A stretch of DNA of 64,000 nt, taken from Candidatus Melainabacteria bacterium 17Bon1m. GTDB lineage: Bacteria > Cyanobacteriota > Vampirovibrionia > Obscuribacterales > Obscuribacteraceae. The position numbers were made by a program, and so were the translations under genes. Positions 19,092 through 28,764 of the stretch are shown here, in pieces (positions within the stretch are counted from its first letter, which is position 1; each line of letters begins with the position of its first letter). The notes beneath the pieces are model-generated. The model was not told the origin of the DNA, did not search any database, and was given only the letters and a program-made list of their open reading frames with translations. The stretch covers positions 1,081,453-1,145,452 of the forward strand of contig JAVLKG010000001.1 of the NCBI GenBank assembly GCA_032128875.1, read 5' to 3'.

Positions 19092-21659
19092 ATGAAAGCG
19101 GTGATCATGGCGGGAGGATCTGGAACCCGGCTGAGACCTCTAACCAGCAACCTTCCGAAGCCAATGGTGCCGGTTTATAACGCGCCGATGGCGGAGCATA
19201 TCGTCAATCTTTTGAAGACGCACGACTTCAAAGACATTATTTTTACCCTCCACTATTTGCCGGATTCGATTCGCGATCACTTTGGTGATGGAACCGATTT
19301 TGGTTGCAAGATTTCGTACTCGGTGGAAGAAGGAAAACCGCTTGGAACTGCGGGTTGCGTCAAGCAAATACAAGATCAGCTCGATTCTACTTTCGTTGTT
19401 ATTTCCGGTGACAGTTTGACCGACATGGACTTGACCAAAGCGGTCAAATTCCATAAAGAGAAGAAATCAAAGGCTACTTTGATCTTGAAACGTGTTGAAA
19501 GTCCGCTCGATTATGGTGTGGTCATTGTCGACGGAGAGCAGCGCATCAAGCGCTTCGTAGAGAAGCCCGGTGCATCTGAGATTTTCTCCGACACCGTCAA
19601 TACCGGTACATATATTCTCGAGCCTGAAGTTATGCTCTATGTCATTCTGGGGCGTGAGCAAGACTTCTCCAACGACCTTTTCCCGCTTCTCCTTTTGAGA
19701 AACGAGCCCATGTACGGTTATGTTGATGATGGCTACTGGTGCGACATCGGTAACCTTGCCGTCTATCGCCAGGCTCACCAAGATGTGCTCGAAGGAAAAG
19801 TAAAACTCAAGAATCGCTCGTCAGAAATTCGTCCTGGTGTTTGGGTCGGAGAAGGCACCGAAATTGATGCTTCAGTGAAGATCGAACCGCCGGTCATCAT
19901 CGGTCGCAACTGCCGTATTGGACGTGATGCAGAGATTGATCAATTCACGGTTTTGGGCGACAACGTTGTTGTTCAAGAGAAGGCCACTCTGAAGCGTCCG
20001 GTGATTTGGTCCAACTCTTATATCGGCAGCAATTCCAATTTAACGGCCTGCGTAATTTGCAACGGTGCGACAATTCATAATTCAGTTGAAATTTTGGAAG
20101 GTGCCATAGTCGGCGCTAACAGCAATATTGGGCAAGAAGCTCAAATCAGCCCAGATGTGCGCATTTGGCCGGATAAACTTATTGATTCCGGCGCACGCGT
20201 AACTTCCTCTGTCATATGGGGAACCAAAGCACCACGCACCTTATTTGGTGCCCACGGTGTTCGTGGTTTGGCCAACATTGATATAACTCCGGAATTCGCA
20301 GTCAACCTGGCGGCTGCATACGGTTCTACCCTGAAGTCGGGACCAGTGCTGGTTAGCCGCGATTACTGGAGAGTCAGTCAAATGATTTCCAGAGCGGTCG
20401 TATCCGGTCTTGTTTCTGTCGGCGTCGAGGTTCAAAACCTTGAGTCTATGTCTTTGCCGATTGCTCGGTATTACGTCAAGACCCAGCGCGCAGCAGGTTT
20501 GATGCACATTCGTGTGTCTCAGAGAGAACCAGACAAACTCTCGATTGAATTCTTCGACAGCGAAGGCATTGCGATTACCAAAGCAATGGAGAGAAAAATC
20601 GAGACCACATTCTTCAAAGAGGACTTCCCTCGCTGCTTGCCTGCAGATGTAGGCAGCATCACCTTCCCGAGCCGCGTACGTGAATACTATGCGGACGAAT
20701 TCTTGAAGCACGTTAAGGGACAAGTTTTTGAAGAAGACAAAGTTCCATTCTGTATCGTGCCTGGAAGCAACTACACGAGAAAAACCAAATCCGGTGCTAT
20801 CGCAACACAAGCGCCCAAAGTTGTAATTGACTACGCGATGGCCGAGACCGGCGTACTGCTGCCGGACTTGCTTGGACAAATAGGTATTGAAACAGTTGTT
20901 CTCAACTCTTCAATCCGCAACATGCCACCACGTCCTGAAGAAAGAATCGGCATGCGTAAGCAACTGGCTGATGTGGTCAAGGCTCTCAATGCGGAGCTTG
21001 GCGTACAGGTTGGACGCAATGGTGAACAAATGACATTGGTCGATGAGACCGGTCAGATTATTCGTGGCGAACTTCTTCTTGCCGTCGTTGCAGACATCAT
21101 TCTGCGCGATAAGCCAGGGCGCTCTATAGTTGTGCCGGTCAACAGCAGTTCTTCAATCGAGCGTATTGCTGCTCGTTATAACTGCCGCGTAGTTCGCTGT
21201 AAAGCGTCGGAAACAGAAATCGGCAGCACCACAGCGAAGTTAGAAGGAGCAGTCCTGGGTGGAAGCGCAAACGGTTGCTTTATCTTCCCAGAATTCCAGA
21301 ATGGCTATGACGCCATGTTCACGGTAGGACAAGTTCTCGAACATTTGACCTACCAGGGACGTACGTTAAGTGAAGCAGTCGCAGACTTGCCGCCGCTCAT
21401 CTATCAAGTCGATTCTGTTCACTGCCCGTGGGAAAGAAAGGGTCGCGTAATGCGTCTCCTGGTGGAAAAACATCAGGATCGACCGATGGAGCTTTTGGAC
21501 GGCGTTAAGATTCAGACTCGCCCAGAGCACTGGATTTTGGTCTTGCCAGATGCGGTAGAGCCGCTTGTGCACGTCTATGCCGACGGCTTGGACTTGCAGC
21601 AGACCTCAGCCGACTTAAATGAATACACTCAACTAGTCCGTTATCTCCAAAACGCCTAG
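19092..21659 (+). CDS. Sugar-1-phosphate nucleotidyltransferase (GMPP-like) + left-handed beta helix + phosphohexomutase-like fusion
   Basis: MAGGSGTRLRPLT..PKPM, PLGTAG, YWCDIG, hexapeptide repeats, LFGAHGVRG, CPWERKGRVMR..DGVKI. Confidence 0.9.
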   Translation: MKAVIMAGGSGTRLRPLTSNLPKPMVPVYNAPMAEHIVNLLKTHDFKDIIFTLHYLPDSIRDHFGDGTDFGCKISYSVEEGKPLGTAGCVKQIQDQLDSTFVVISGDSLTDMDLTKAVKFHKEKKSKATLILKRVESPLDYGVVIVDGEQRIKRFVEKPGASEIFSDTVNTGTYILEPEVMLYVILGREQDFSNDLFPLLLLRNEPMYGYVDDGYWCDIGNLAVYRQAHQDVLEGKVKLKNRSSEIRPGVWVGEGTEIDASVKIEPPVIIGRNCRIGRDAEIDQFTVLGDNVVVQEKATLKRPVIWSNSYIGSNSNLTACVICNGATIHNSVEILEGAIVGANSNIGQEAQISPDVRIWPDKLIDSGARVTSSVIWGTKAPRTLFGAHGVRGLANIDITPEFAVNLAAAYGSTLKSGPVLVSRDYWRVSQMISRAVVSGLVSVGVEVQNLESMSLPIARYYVKTQRAAGLMHIRVSQREPDKLSIEFFDSEGIAITKAMERKIETTFFKEDFPRCLPADVGSITFPSRVREYYADEFLKHVKGQVFEEDKVPFCIVPGSNYTRKTKSGAIATQAPKVVIDYAMAETGVLLPDLLGQIGIETVVLNSSIRNMPPRPEERIGMRKQLADVVKALNAELGVQVGRNGEQMTLVDETGQIIRGELLLAVVADIILRDKPGRSIVVPVNSSSSIERIAARYNCRVVRCKASETEIGSTTAKLEGAVLGGSANGCFIFPEFQNGYDAMFTVGQVLEHLTYQGRTLSEAVADLPPLIYQVDSVHCPWERKGRVMRLLVEKHQDRPMELLDGVKIQTRPEHWILVLPDAVEPLVHVYADGLDLQQTSADLNEYTQLVRYLQNA

Positions 21660-21687
21660 CTATCGTGGGGGCGTTGAGTACCGTGTC

Positions 21688-23685
21688 GTGAGTTCGCAAG
21701 ACGAAATCAAAACCGGCGAAGTCTCTATTAATGACCGGACTTTAGTCAATGTGTCCGACAATCCAGCCTTGGCTGATCCGCTTGTGCAAAATCAGTTGAG
21801 CGAAGGTCAGGTTCTCGCCGGTAAGTACAAGATTGTGCAATACGTCGGCGCTGGCGGAATGAGCGTTGTATATAAAGCTCGCGATCAAGTTTTGTCCCGA
21901 GATGTTGCTATCAAAATGCTTTCCGCTTCGCGTGTTTCAGACGATAAGAGCGTTCGTAGATTTCACCAGGAAGGCACAGCGGTTGGACGGCTCAACCACC
22001 AAAACATTGTTAGTGTTTACGATGTTGGGCTAACGGAGAACGGCGAGCCGTTTCTCGTCATGGATTTTGCAAAAGGAAAAACACTTACTGAGCTAGTCAG
22101 TTTTTCCGGAAGATGTTCACCGCTGCGTGCTTTGCATCTCATCAATAATGTTCTCGATGCACTGGTGCACGCTCATGAAAAGGGCGTTGTACACAGGGAT
22201 TTGAAGCCCGGCAACATAATTGTTTCCAATCCCGGAGAGGCAAATGAGTTTGCCAGAGTTTTCGATTTTGGCATTGCAAAACTCATGCCCGGAGCTGATA
22301 CCACCAGTAGTGAACTGACTCAAACTGGAGAAATCTTTGGAAGTCCGCTCTATATGAGCCCTGAACAGTGTCTTGGTAAGGCTCTCGATGGGCGCTCAGA
22401 TATCTATTCTGTTGGTTGTATTCTCTTTGAATTACTTGTCGGTCATCCGCCACATCAAGCAGAGACTTCTGTTGAAACGATCATCAAACATGTTCAAGAC
22501 CAAGCGAAATCGCTCAAAGAATCTTGCCCAGGAGCAAGATTTGATGAGGGTCTTGAAGATGTAGTTCGCAAAGCATTATGCAAAAATCCTGCAGATAGAT
22601 TTCAAACTTCAAAAGAGATGAAAGATGCAATTGAGCAATTGATTGATGCTTCGAATAGTTCACGTTTGGAAGCGACCCAAAGACAAAAATTGTTTGGTCT
22701 ATTCGAAAAGGATTTACTAACCGTCGGGATCGTTGGTGGACTCTGCGTCTTGGGCATAGTCTTGATCGGCGTACTGGGCTGGTTTACATTTTCTTCTTTC
22801 TCGCAGAAGAACAAACCGCTGCGCACGGATATGAATTCGGGCATGATGCGTTATGCGGTCGATGAAGCTCAAAAAATTACCGAGCGCGAAAACCTTGGTG
22901 CTGACGAACGTGACCAATCGTTCCATTTCCCTGACGGTACTGCTGCTCTCTCCTATCAAGACATTGATGACACCGTTGTCGGCAAACTGACAAATACAGC
23001 TGGCATCAGCAAAATCGACATTAACCACAGCAGAGTGACAGCGTCTAAATTGTTGCTCAGTTACTTTTCGCGCCTGGAAGCAACATCCGTGAACATGGTG
23101 GGAAGCAAGTTTGATTTGGAGTTCTTGCGCGCCTTGTCGCGAATGAAAACGCTTCGTGTCCTGGAGATCTCTGACTTGGAGGAGCCGCTGACTGAGGCGC
23201 AAATGGAGCTTATCTGCGACGTGCCTACCCTGCAAGAACTTTGGTTGAGCCGTTCCATAGAATCAGACGAGGCGCTCAAACCCATTGTTAAGCTCAAAAA
23301 TCTTCTCACGCTCGATTTGTCGAGGTGTAAGGTCACGGACAAAGCGATGGAGTACGTAGGTCAGTGTCAAGCCTTGCTTCGCCTGGATATGAACGGTGCC
23401 AGGGTGAGTGGCACAGGTCTGCGAAGACTCGCCGGTTTAAAGAAGCTGACGTCTCTCGATATAGCCAACAATCGAATGTCCGACCAAGACGTTGACGGGA
23501 TTTGTGCTTTGTCTGGTCTGAGGAATTTAAACCTCGAAGGCAATAACATTACGGACTCAGGACTAATGAATCTCACTAAGCTGAAGAAGCTGGCGGTCCT
23601 GCGACTGGAGCGATGCCCGAAAATTACGCACAGCGGTATTTCGAAGTTTCTCGCGGTGCTGCCCCATTGCTCGGTTAAGCGATAG
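21688..23685 (+). CDS. Ser/Thr protein kinase with TM helix and C-terminal leucine-rich repeats
   Basis: GAGGMSVVY, VAIK, HRDLKPGN, DFG, YMSPEQ; TM near residue 350; LxxLxLxxxxITD repeats. Confidence 0.92.
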   Translation: MSSQDEIKTGEVSINDRTLVNVSDNPALADPLVQNQLSEGQVLAGKYKIVQYVGAGGMSVVYKARDQVLSRDVAIKMLSASRVSDDKSVRRFHQEGTAVGRLNHQNIVSVYDVGLTENGEPFLVMDFAKGKTLTELVSFSGRCSPLRALHLINNVLDALVHAHEKGVVHRDLKPGNIIVSNPGEANEFARVFDFGIAKLMPGADTTSSELTQTGEIFGSPLYMSPEQCLGKALDGRSDIYSVGCILFELLVGHPPHQAETSVETIIKHVQDQAKSLKESCPGARFDEGLEDVVRKALCKNPADRFQTSKEMKDAIEQLIDASNSSRLEATQRQKLFGLFEKDLLTVGIVGGLCVLGIVLIGVLGWFTFSSFSQKNKPLRTDMNSGMMRYAVDEAQKITERENLGADERDQSFHFPDGTAALSYQDIDDTVVGKLTNTAGISKIDINHSRVTASKLLLSYFSRLEATSVNMVGSKFDLEFLRALSRMKTLRVLEISDLEEPLTEAQMELICDVPTLQELWLSRSIESDEALKPIVKLKNLLTLDLSRCKVTDKAMEYVGQCQALLRLDMNGARVSGTGLRRLAGLKKLTSLDIANNRMSDQDVDGICALSGLRNLNLEGNNITDSGLMNLTKLKKLAVLRLERCPKITHSGISKFLAVLPHCSVKR

Positions 23686-23823
23686 GACGACTGGACCGAT
23701 AATATGGTGGAAACGCAGCGGGGCACGAATCCCCGTTTCGAGTGATTTTTGCCGCATTCTCGAGGTGAAACGTCGTCCGCCCCAGCAAATCAGTGTTTCA
23801 GCTTGCTGCATAGAACCATAAAG

Positions 23824-23851
23824 TGGTTTTGACCTTTAAATGTAAGGGTAA
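23824..23851 (+). promoter_or_regulatory. Putative SigB/SigF-type promoter
   Basis: TGGTTT-N16-GGGTAA, ~60 nt upstream of ATG 23910. Confidence 0.6.
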
Positions 23852-23909
23852 AGGATACTTTGAGACTGGTTGCAAAAAATTGGCTTGCAGCCGAAAAGGA
23901 GGCCGTCTG

Positions 23910-24713
23910 ATGTGGGAGAAGAAAGAGAATCCCAAGGGCAAGGGATCTCGAAAGGATGGCGATAAGCGCAAATTCCTGGATGCCCATCCGGCTAAGCCGA
24001 AAGGTCCTTCGGGGCAGGGTGGCGGCGTTACTCCTGAAAGCGTGCAGTTTCACGCCATGCAGCAGTCGGACCAGATTGCCAACGTAGCGCAACAAGTTTT
24101 GGTCTATCACGAGTCATCGGACGGAGCCACAAACAGCGGTACCGATTGGATGAGCCGTCTGAAAGAAGAGTCTATGAACTTCCTGGCAGAGCAGCGGGGT
24201 GTTCAGCTTCAGCAGCTTTACAGAGAAGCGGCTTATAAAAAAGGCGTGGAAGTCCTCGTAGATAAGATTTACGGACTGCTTCAGCGCTATGCCTTTGAGT
24301 TTAACCAGATAGCCGGCGGAACCGAATTGCACGTATCCGGCACCATATCCGGTGACGTGACCGAGGCTACCAAGGTTAACCGGATGAGAGAAATTGAGGA
24401 GACCGAAACCTTCTTCCGTGCCAGATTCTCAACCAAGCTTTTCAGCCTCGTGGTTCGTGGCAAAGACGACCATATAGATTTTTATCTGCTGCCGACCAGT
24501 CGCATGTTGGCGGGCAGCCTGGTCGAAGGTGAATATAAACCAATTTCCACCTTGCAAGTGCGTATCGCGGAGCAGGGCATGATGTGGCGCATGGCTGATG
24601 CCATTCCTCCTGTGGACAATCTCGATAAGCTCTGTATGTGGCTGTTTACCACCCTTATTGAAGAAACCAAGGAAGCCACGAAAGACGAAGAAGATGAAGG
24701 CAAAAAAGCGTAA
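23910..24713 (+). CDS. Hypothetical protein
   Basis: AGGAGG upstream of ATG 23910; coherent globular ORF; no family recognised. Confidence 0.75.
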   Translation: MWEKKENPKGKGSRKDGDKRKFLDAHPAKPKGPSGQGGGVTPESVQFHAMQQSDQIANVAQQVLVYHESSDGATNSGTDWMSRLKEESMNFLAEQRGVQLQQLYREAAYKKGVEVLVDKIYGLLQRYAFEFNQIAGGTELHVSGTISGDVTEATKVNRMREIEETETFFRARFSTKLFSLVVRGKDDHIDFYLLPTSRMLAGSLVEGEYKPISTLQVRIAEQGMMWRMADAIPPVDNLDKLCMWLFTTLIEETKEATKDEEDEGKKA

Positions 24714-24801
24714 AGGTAGATATTTGTTAGTTTGGTGGTAATAATCTCATAGGGACCCCGGGGGTCTAACTGTTTTTGTCCGGAGTTTCTGGAGTCGCTA
24801 T

Positions 24802-25767
24802 ATGTCCATCAATCCTGAAATGCTGAAGCAGCTTCTCGAAGAATTCAACGAGAAGGAAGCTCTTAATGCTGCTGAAATCAATGTTGTCGAGCAGCAGATT
24901 GTGGAAATGGAGCAAAGAATAGTCGAAGTCAAAGCAAAGCTTCAGACTGTGGCGGCTGACAGAGAAAAAGTGACAGCGATGATGACCCGCCATACCGCGG
25001 GGGGCGATTGGACTCTGCCTGCCGACGTTCTGGCTGCATCTCCCGCCGCTGCTGCAGCTGCAGCATCTTCCCAGGCTTCGACGGCAGCACCCGCCCCGAC
25101 GCCTGCCGCCTCAGCACCCGCTGCTGCTGTAGCTCCGACCGCACCTCCGGCAATGCCGGCTCCACCAAAACCTACATCCACTTCACAAGCGCTTGCTGCC
25201 CTGGCAAAGCCTGCCCCGCAAGCTGCCGAGCCTGTGCCCGCTCCTGCCGCAGCACCGGCGCCTGCCGTAAATCCAGCTCTGGCTCCGACCTCAGCAACCT
25301 CCTCCGGGGTTTTCGCGGTTCCCGCTCCGGCTCCAAGTAGCGCCCTGTTCTCATCTCCTCCTCCAGGCGATATTCCGGGCACGGTCTCCGGAACGTTCCA
25401 GCCCGTCACTCAACCTACTGCATCGGGCACTTTCCCTGCGGTTGCTTCTGCTCCTGCTCAACCTGCTCCGTCTCAACCGGCAGTCTCTCCACAACCTTTC
25501 CAACCGGCGCCGCCTACAGGATTTCCGCCGCCGTCCCCCCTGCAGGCAGATACGACTGCCAATCCTTTTGCATCTTCTGCTCCTTCTGCGCCTCCCGCTC
25601 CTCAGCCTTACGCTCAGATGCCGCAGGGGCAGATGCCTCAGGGTTTTGAAACTGCCCCGGGCGTTCCGGCCGCCGACCCTACGACCGCTCAGCCTGCTGC
25701 CGAGGGCGAAGAGGATGAGGAAACCGTCAGAGATATCAACGATGCTCTGCGCGGTCTTTTCCGTTAA
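24802..25767 (+). CDS. Hypothetical protein: N-terminal coiled coil, Pro/Ala-rich linker, short C-terminal helix
   Basis: GGAG upstream; heptad pattern in residues ~5-60; ends EEDEETVRDINDALRGLFR. Confidence 0.75.
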   Translation: MSINPEMLKQLLEEFNEKEALNAAEINVVEQQIVEMEQRIVEVKAKLQTVAADREKVTAMMTRHTAGGDWTLPADVLAASPAAAAAAASSQASTAAPAPTPAASAPAAAVAPTAPPAMPAPPKPTSTSQALAALAKPAPQAAEPVPAPAAAPAPAVNPALAPTSATSSGVFAVPAPAPSSALFSSPPPGDIPGTVSGTFQPVTQPTASGTFPAVASAPAQPAPSQPAVSPQPFQPAPPTGFPPPSPLQADTTANPFASSAPSAPPAPQPYAQMPQGQMPQGFETAPGVPAADPTTAQPAAEGEEDEETVRDINDALRGLFR

Positions 25768-25784
25768 ACCAAATCTTGGAAGTT

Positions 25785-25830
25785 CGCTTACATAGAAATC
25801 ATGATTCCTGCGCTTACACAGAAATCATGA
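25785..25830. repeat. 20-bp direct repeat, possible operator
   Basis: CGCTTACA(T/C)AGAAATCATGA at 25785-25804 and 25811-25830. Confidence 0.7.
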
Positions 25831-25973
25831 GACTTTCGAGCCGCTTTGCTAACATATGCGCCCGCACGTGCATTTGAGCGGCTTCCGACTCCAGTGCCCG
25901 GTGTCGCGTATTTTCGATTGCTTACTTGCAAATCAGTTGCAGTGTCCCAACCCATTTCAAAACGGCAGAACCA

Positions 25974-26186
25974 ATGAAACAAATTCCTTCCATGATGGCC
26001 GGCGTCGTTGTAGAACTCCTCGTTAAGCCCGGAGATTCAGTCTCTGACGGCATGGACGTAGCCATCCTCGAATCGATGAAAATGCAGTTGCCAGTGCAGT
26101 CCAATACTGCAGGCACTGTAAAAGCTGTCAAAGTCGCAGCCGGAGACTTCGTCAATGAAGGCGACGCGCTCATGGAACTTGAATAA
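25974..26186 (+). CDS. Stand-alone biotin carboxyl carrier protein
   Basis: ILESMKM biotinylation motif; 70 aa. Confidence 0.9.
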   Translation: MKQIPSMMAGVVVELLVKPGDSVSDGMDVAILESMKMQLPVQSNTAGTVKAVKVAAGDFVNEGDALMELE

Positions 26187-26221
26187 TAGATATTAGTGAC
26201 ACTCATTGAGGAAGGCACACC

Positions 26222-27178
26222 ATGCTTGAGACTATTCCCAAGCAAGTAAGAATAGTGGAAGTCGGACCCAGAGACGGTTTGCAGAACGAAGCTCGTCATA
26301 TTCCGACTGCCGACAAAGTGCGTCTCATTGAAGCGCTTGCCGCATCTGGCCTGAAAAACATCGAGGTCACATCCTTCGTAAGTCCGAAGTGGATTCCGCA
26401 GCTCGCGGACGGTTTGGATGTTTGCCGCTCGCTCAATTTGCCATCCGATGTGATTAAGACGGCGCTGGTGCCGAACGCGAAGGGCTACGAATCAGCGAAT
26501 GAAGCAGGTTTGTCGCATATCGCGCTCTTCATGTCTGCAACCGAATCGCATAGCAAGAAGAACATCAACAAGTCGGTGGATGAAGCGTTATCGACTTTGG
26601 GAGAGCTTGCTAAGCAAGCCAAATCCGATGGCAAATGGGTGCGTTGCTATTTGTCTGTCGTGTTTGAGTGTCCTTATGAAGGGACTGTGAAACCTGATCA
26701 GGTCGCTAGAATTACCGACAAGCTCGTCGAAATGGGCGTTGACGAGATCTCGCTGGGAGACACCATTGGTGCGGCAACTCCTCGTCAGGTCGAGAATGTC
26801 GTAAAGCTTATTTTGCGCAGCACTGATATTTCCAAACTCGCATTGCACTTCCACGATACTAGAGGAACCGCTCTGGCAAACGTTCTTGCCGGATTGGAAT
26901 TAGGCATCTCAATTTTTGATTCCAGCCTGGGTGGCATGGGCGGCTGCCCGTATGCACCTGGTGCTGCCGGCAATCTTGCTACTGAAGACCTCGTCTACAT
27001 GCTCGACGGCATGGGTGTGAAGACTGGTGTTGATTTGGAAAAACTGGTGGATGCCGGTTGTCTTGCCGAACAGTTATTAGAGAAAAAACTTCCTGGGAGG
27101 TATTTGCGGGCATGCCTGTCGACGAGAGAGAAAGAAAGTTGCAGCAAGGCGAGCACGGCAAGTGCAGTGAAGCAGTAA
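26222..27178 (+). CDS. hmgL: Hydroxymethylglutaryl-CoA lyase
   Basis: EVGPRDGLQNE, LHFHDTRG, GGCPYAPGAAGNLATED. Confidence 0.95.
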   Translation: MLETIPKQVRIVEVGPRDGLQNEARHIPTADKVRLIEALAASGLKNIEVTSFVSPKWIPQLADGLDVCRSLNLPSDVIKTALVPNAKGYESANEAGLSHIALFMSATESHSKKNINKSVDEALSTLGELAKQAKSDGKWVRCYLSVVFECPYEGTVKPDQVARITDKLVEMGVDEISLGDTIGAATPRQVENVVKLILRSTDISKLALHFHDTRGTALANVLAGLELGISIFDSSLGGMGGCPYAPGAAGNLATEDLVYMLDGMGVKTGVDLEKLVDAGCLAEQLLEKKLPGRYLRACLSTREKESCSKASTASAVKQ

Positions 27179-27195
27179 ACAGCGGGGAAAAATCC

Positions 27196-28008
27196 TTGGA
27201 CAGCGAACAGGTCTTGTTAGTAGAACGTGAAGGTGAGATTGCCTGGTTCAAACTGAATCGTGGCAAAGTGATGAACTGCCTCAATCGCCCGCTTTTGAAA
27301 GCCCTGATTGAAGCCTGCCACGAAGTCGCTAAAGACCGTAGCGTTCGTGTCGTTGTTATCATCGGCGCAGGTAAGAAAGCATTTTGCGCAGGCGCAGATT
27401 TGGCAGAGCGCAAAGGTATGACACAAGCTGAAACTCTCGATTATCTCGCTTTGATTCAAAAGACAATGCGCACAATCGAAACGTTGCCTCAACCAGTCAT
27501 CTGCGCCATCAATGGTTCTGCCTATGGTGGAGGAACAGAACTGGCCCTCTCTTGCGACCTCAGAGTCATGGTTGAAGAAGCGCAGTTGCGTCTTACTGAG
27601 GTTAAGCTCGGTATCATACCTGGTGCTGGCGGCACTCAACGCTTGCCTCGTCTCATCGGCAAATCCAAAGCCAAAGAGATGATTCTAACCGGCGCCCCAA
27701 TCAATGCTTTTGAAGGTCAACAATTTGGTCTCATTCACAAAGTCGTGACCGAGAAGGGACCGGACGACGCAGAATTCAACCCCGCGCTCATGGATACAGT
27801 CCGTGAGTGGGTGAAGGAAATTGCCACTGGAGCACCGCTCTCTCTGGCTGCCGCCAAAGAAGCTATCGACAACGGTTATGACCGCGATCTCGAAGCCGGT
27901 TTGGCACTGGAAACCAAGTCTTATTTGACGTTACTCAACACGAAGGACCGTTTGGAAGGTCTCGCCGCTTTTGCAGAAAAGAGAAAGCCTGTTTATGTAG
28001 GAGAATAA
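27196..28008 (+). CDS. Enoyl-CoA hydratase (probable methylglutaconyl-CoA hydratase)
   Basis: KAFCAGADLAER, GGGTELALSCD, EVKLGIIPGAGGTQRLPRLIG; adjacent to HMG-CoA lyase; start uncertain. Confidence 0.9.
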   Translation: MDSEQVLLVEREGEIAWFKLNRGKVMNCLNRPLLKALIEACHEVAKDRSVRVVVIIGAGKKAFCAGADLAERKGMTQAETLDYLALIQKTMRTIETLPQPVICAINGSAYGGGTELALSCDLRVMVEEAQLRLTEVKLGIIPGAGGTQRLPRLIGKSKAKEMILTGAPINAFEGQQFGLIHKVVTEKGPDDAEFNPALMDTVREWVKEIATGAPLSLAAAKEAIDNGYDRDLEAGLALETKSYLTLLNTKDRLEGLAAFAEKRKPVYVGE

Positions 28009-28010
28009 TC

Positions 28011-28670
28011 TTGGATTTCCTCATCGACTCTCCAACGCGCGAACCGTTGCCGCTTCAGGTGACCGGGCTGATTTTGTCCGGCGGCAAGAGCAAGCGCATG
28101 GGCAGACCGAAAGCCTTCCTGCCATTTGAAGGGTCGACTGTAATTGGACACATCGTCCACGAAATAAAAGATCTGTTCAACGAGATATTCATTGTCGCCA
28201 ACGAAGTGGAGAGTTTCGAAGACCTCGGCGTGGACGTCGTGAAGGATATTCTGCCGCACCGCGGACCGTTGGGCGGGATACTTTCCGGCTTGATGACTTC
28301 TAGCAATCACTACGCATTTGTCATGGCCTGTGACATGCCGCTCATCGACAAACGTCTCGTTCGCGAGCTGGTTTCGCGCCGCCAGGACAACGACGTAGTT
28401 GTTCTTTCTCACCCTCAGGGTATTGAACCATTGTTCGGCGTTTATTCTAAAAACTGCATCAAGCCGCTTGAAGAGTCACTCTTTGCGGGTAATCTATCCG
28501 TACAAGACTTCTTGTCAGGTTTGAAAGCCGGTATCTATGAATGGATGCCTGAGCGCTCAGATGCCGATGCGCTGCCGCCGTTTTTCAACATCAATACTCC
28601 GCAGGACTATTCCCGCGTGATTGCAAGAGCGGGGATGGGTGTTTCCATCCTGCCAGAACGCCGCCCGTAA
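28011..28670 (+). CDS. mobA: Molybdenum cofactor guanylyltransferase-like NTP transferase
   Basis: LSGGKSKRMGRPKA, GPLGGI, ACDMP, EPL, FNINTPQD. Confidence 0.88.
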   Translation: MDFLIDSPTREPLPLQVTGLILSGGKSKRMGRPKAFLPFEGSTVIGHIVHEIKDLFNEIFIVANEVESFEDLGVDVVKDILPHRGPLGGILSGLMTSSNHYAFVMACDMPLIDKRLVRELVSRRQDNDVVVLSHPQGIEPLFGVYSKNCIKPLEESLFAGNLSVQDFLSGLKAGIYEWMPERSDADALPPFFNINTPQDYSRVIARAGMGVSILPERRP

Positions 28671-28680
28671 TAGTTGTACT

Positions 28681-28704
28681 GTAGGGGCGGCATTCATGCC
28701 GCCC
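28681..28704 (+). repeat. Single GTAG-type REP-like palindrome
   Basis: GTAGGGGCGGCATTCATGCCGCCC. Confidence 0.7.
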
Positions 28705-28764
28705 GCGTAATTTCTTTGGTTGCTATTTCTTATATAATTTCGCTTCCACTTCAGGGAGTCTGCC

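Noticed and set aside
25785-25830. Possible mini-CRISPR
   Set aside because: Only two 20-bp copies with a 6-bp gap, and no cas genes.
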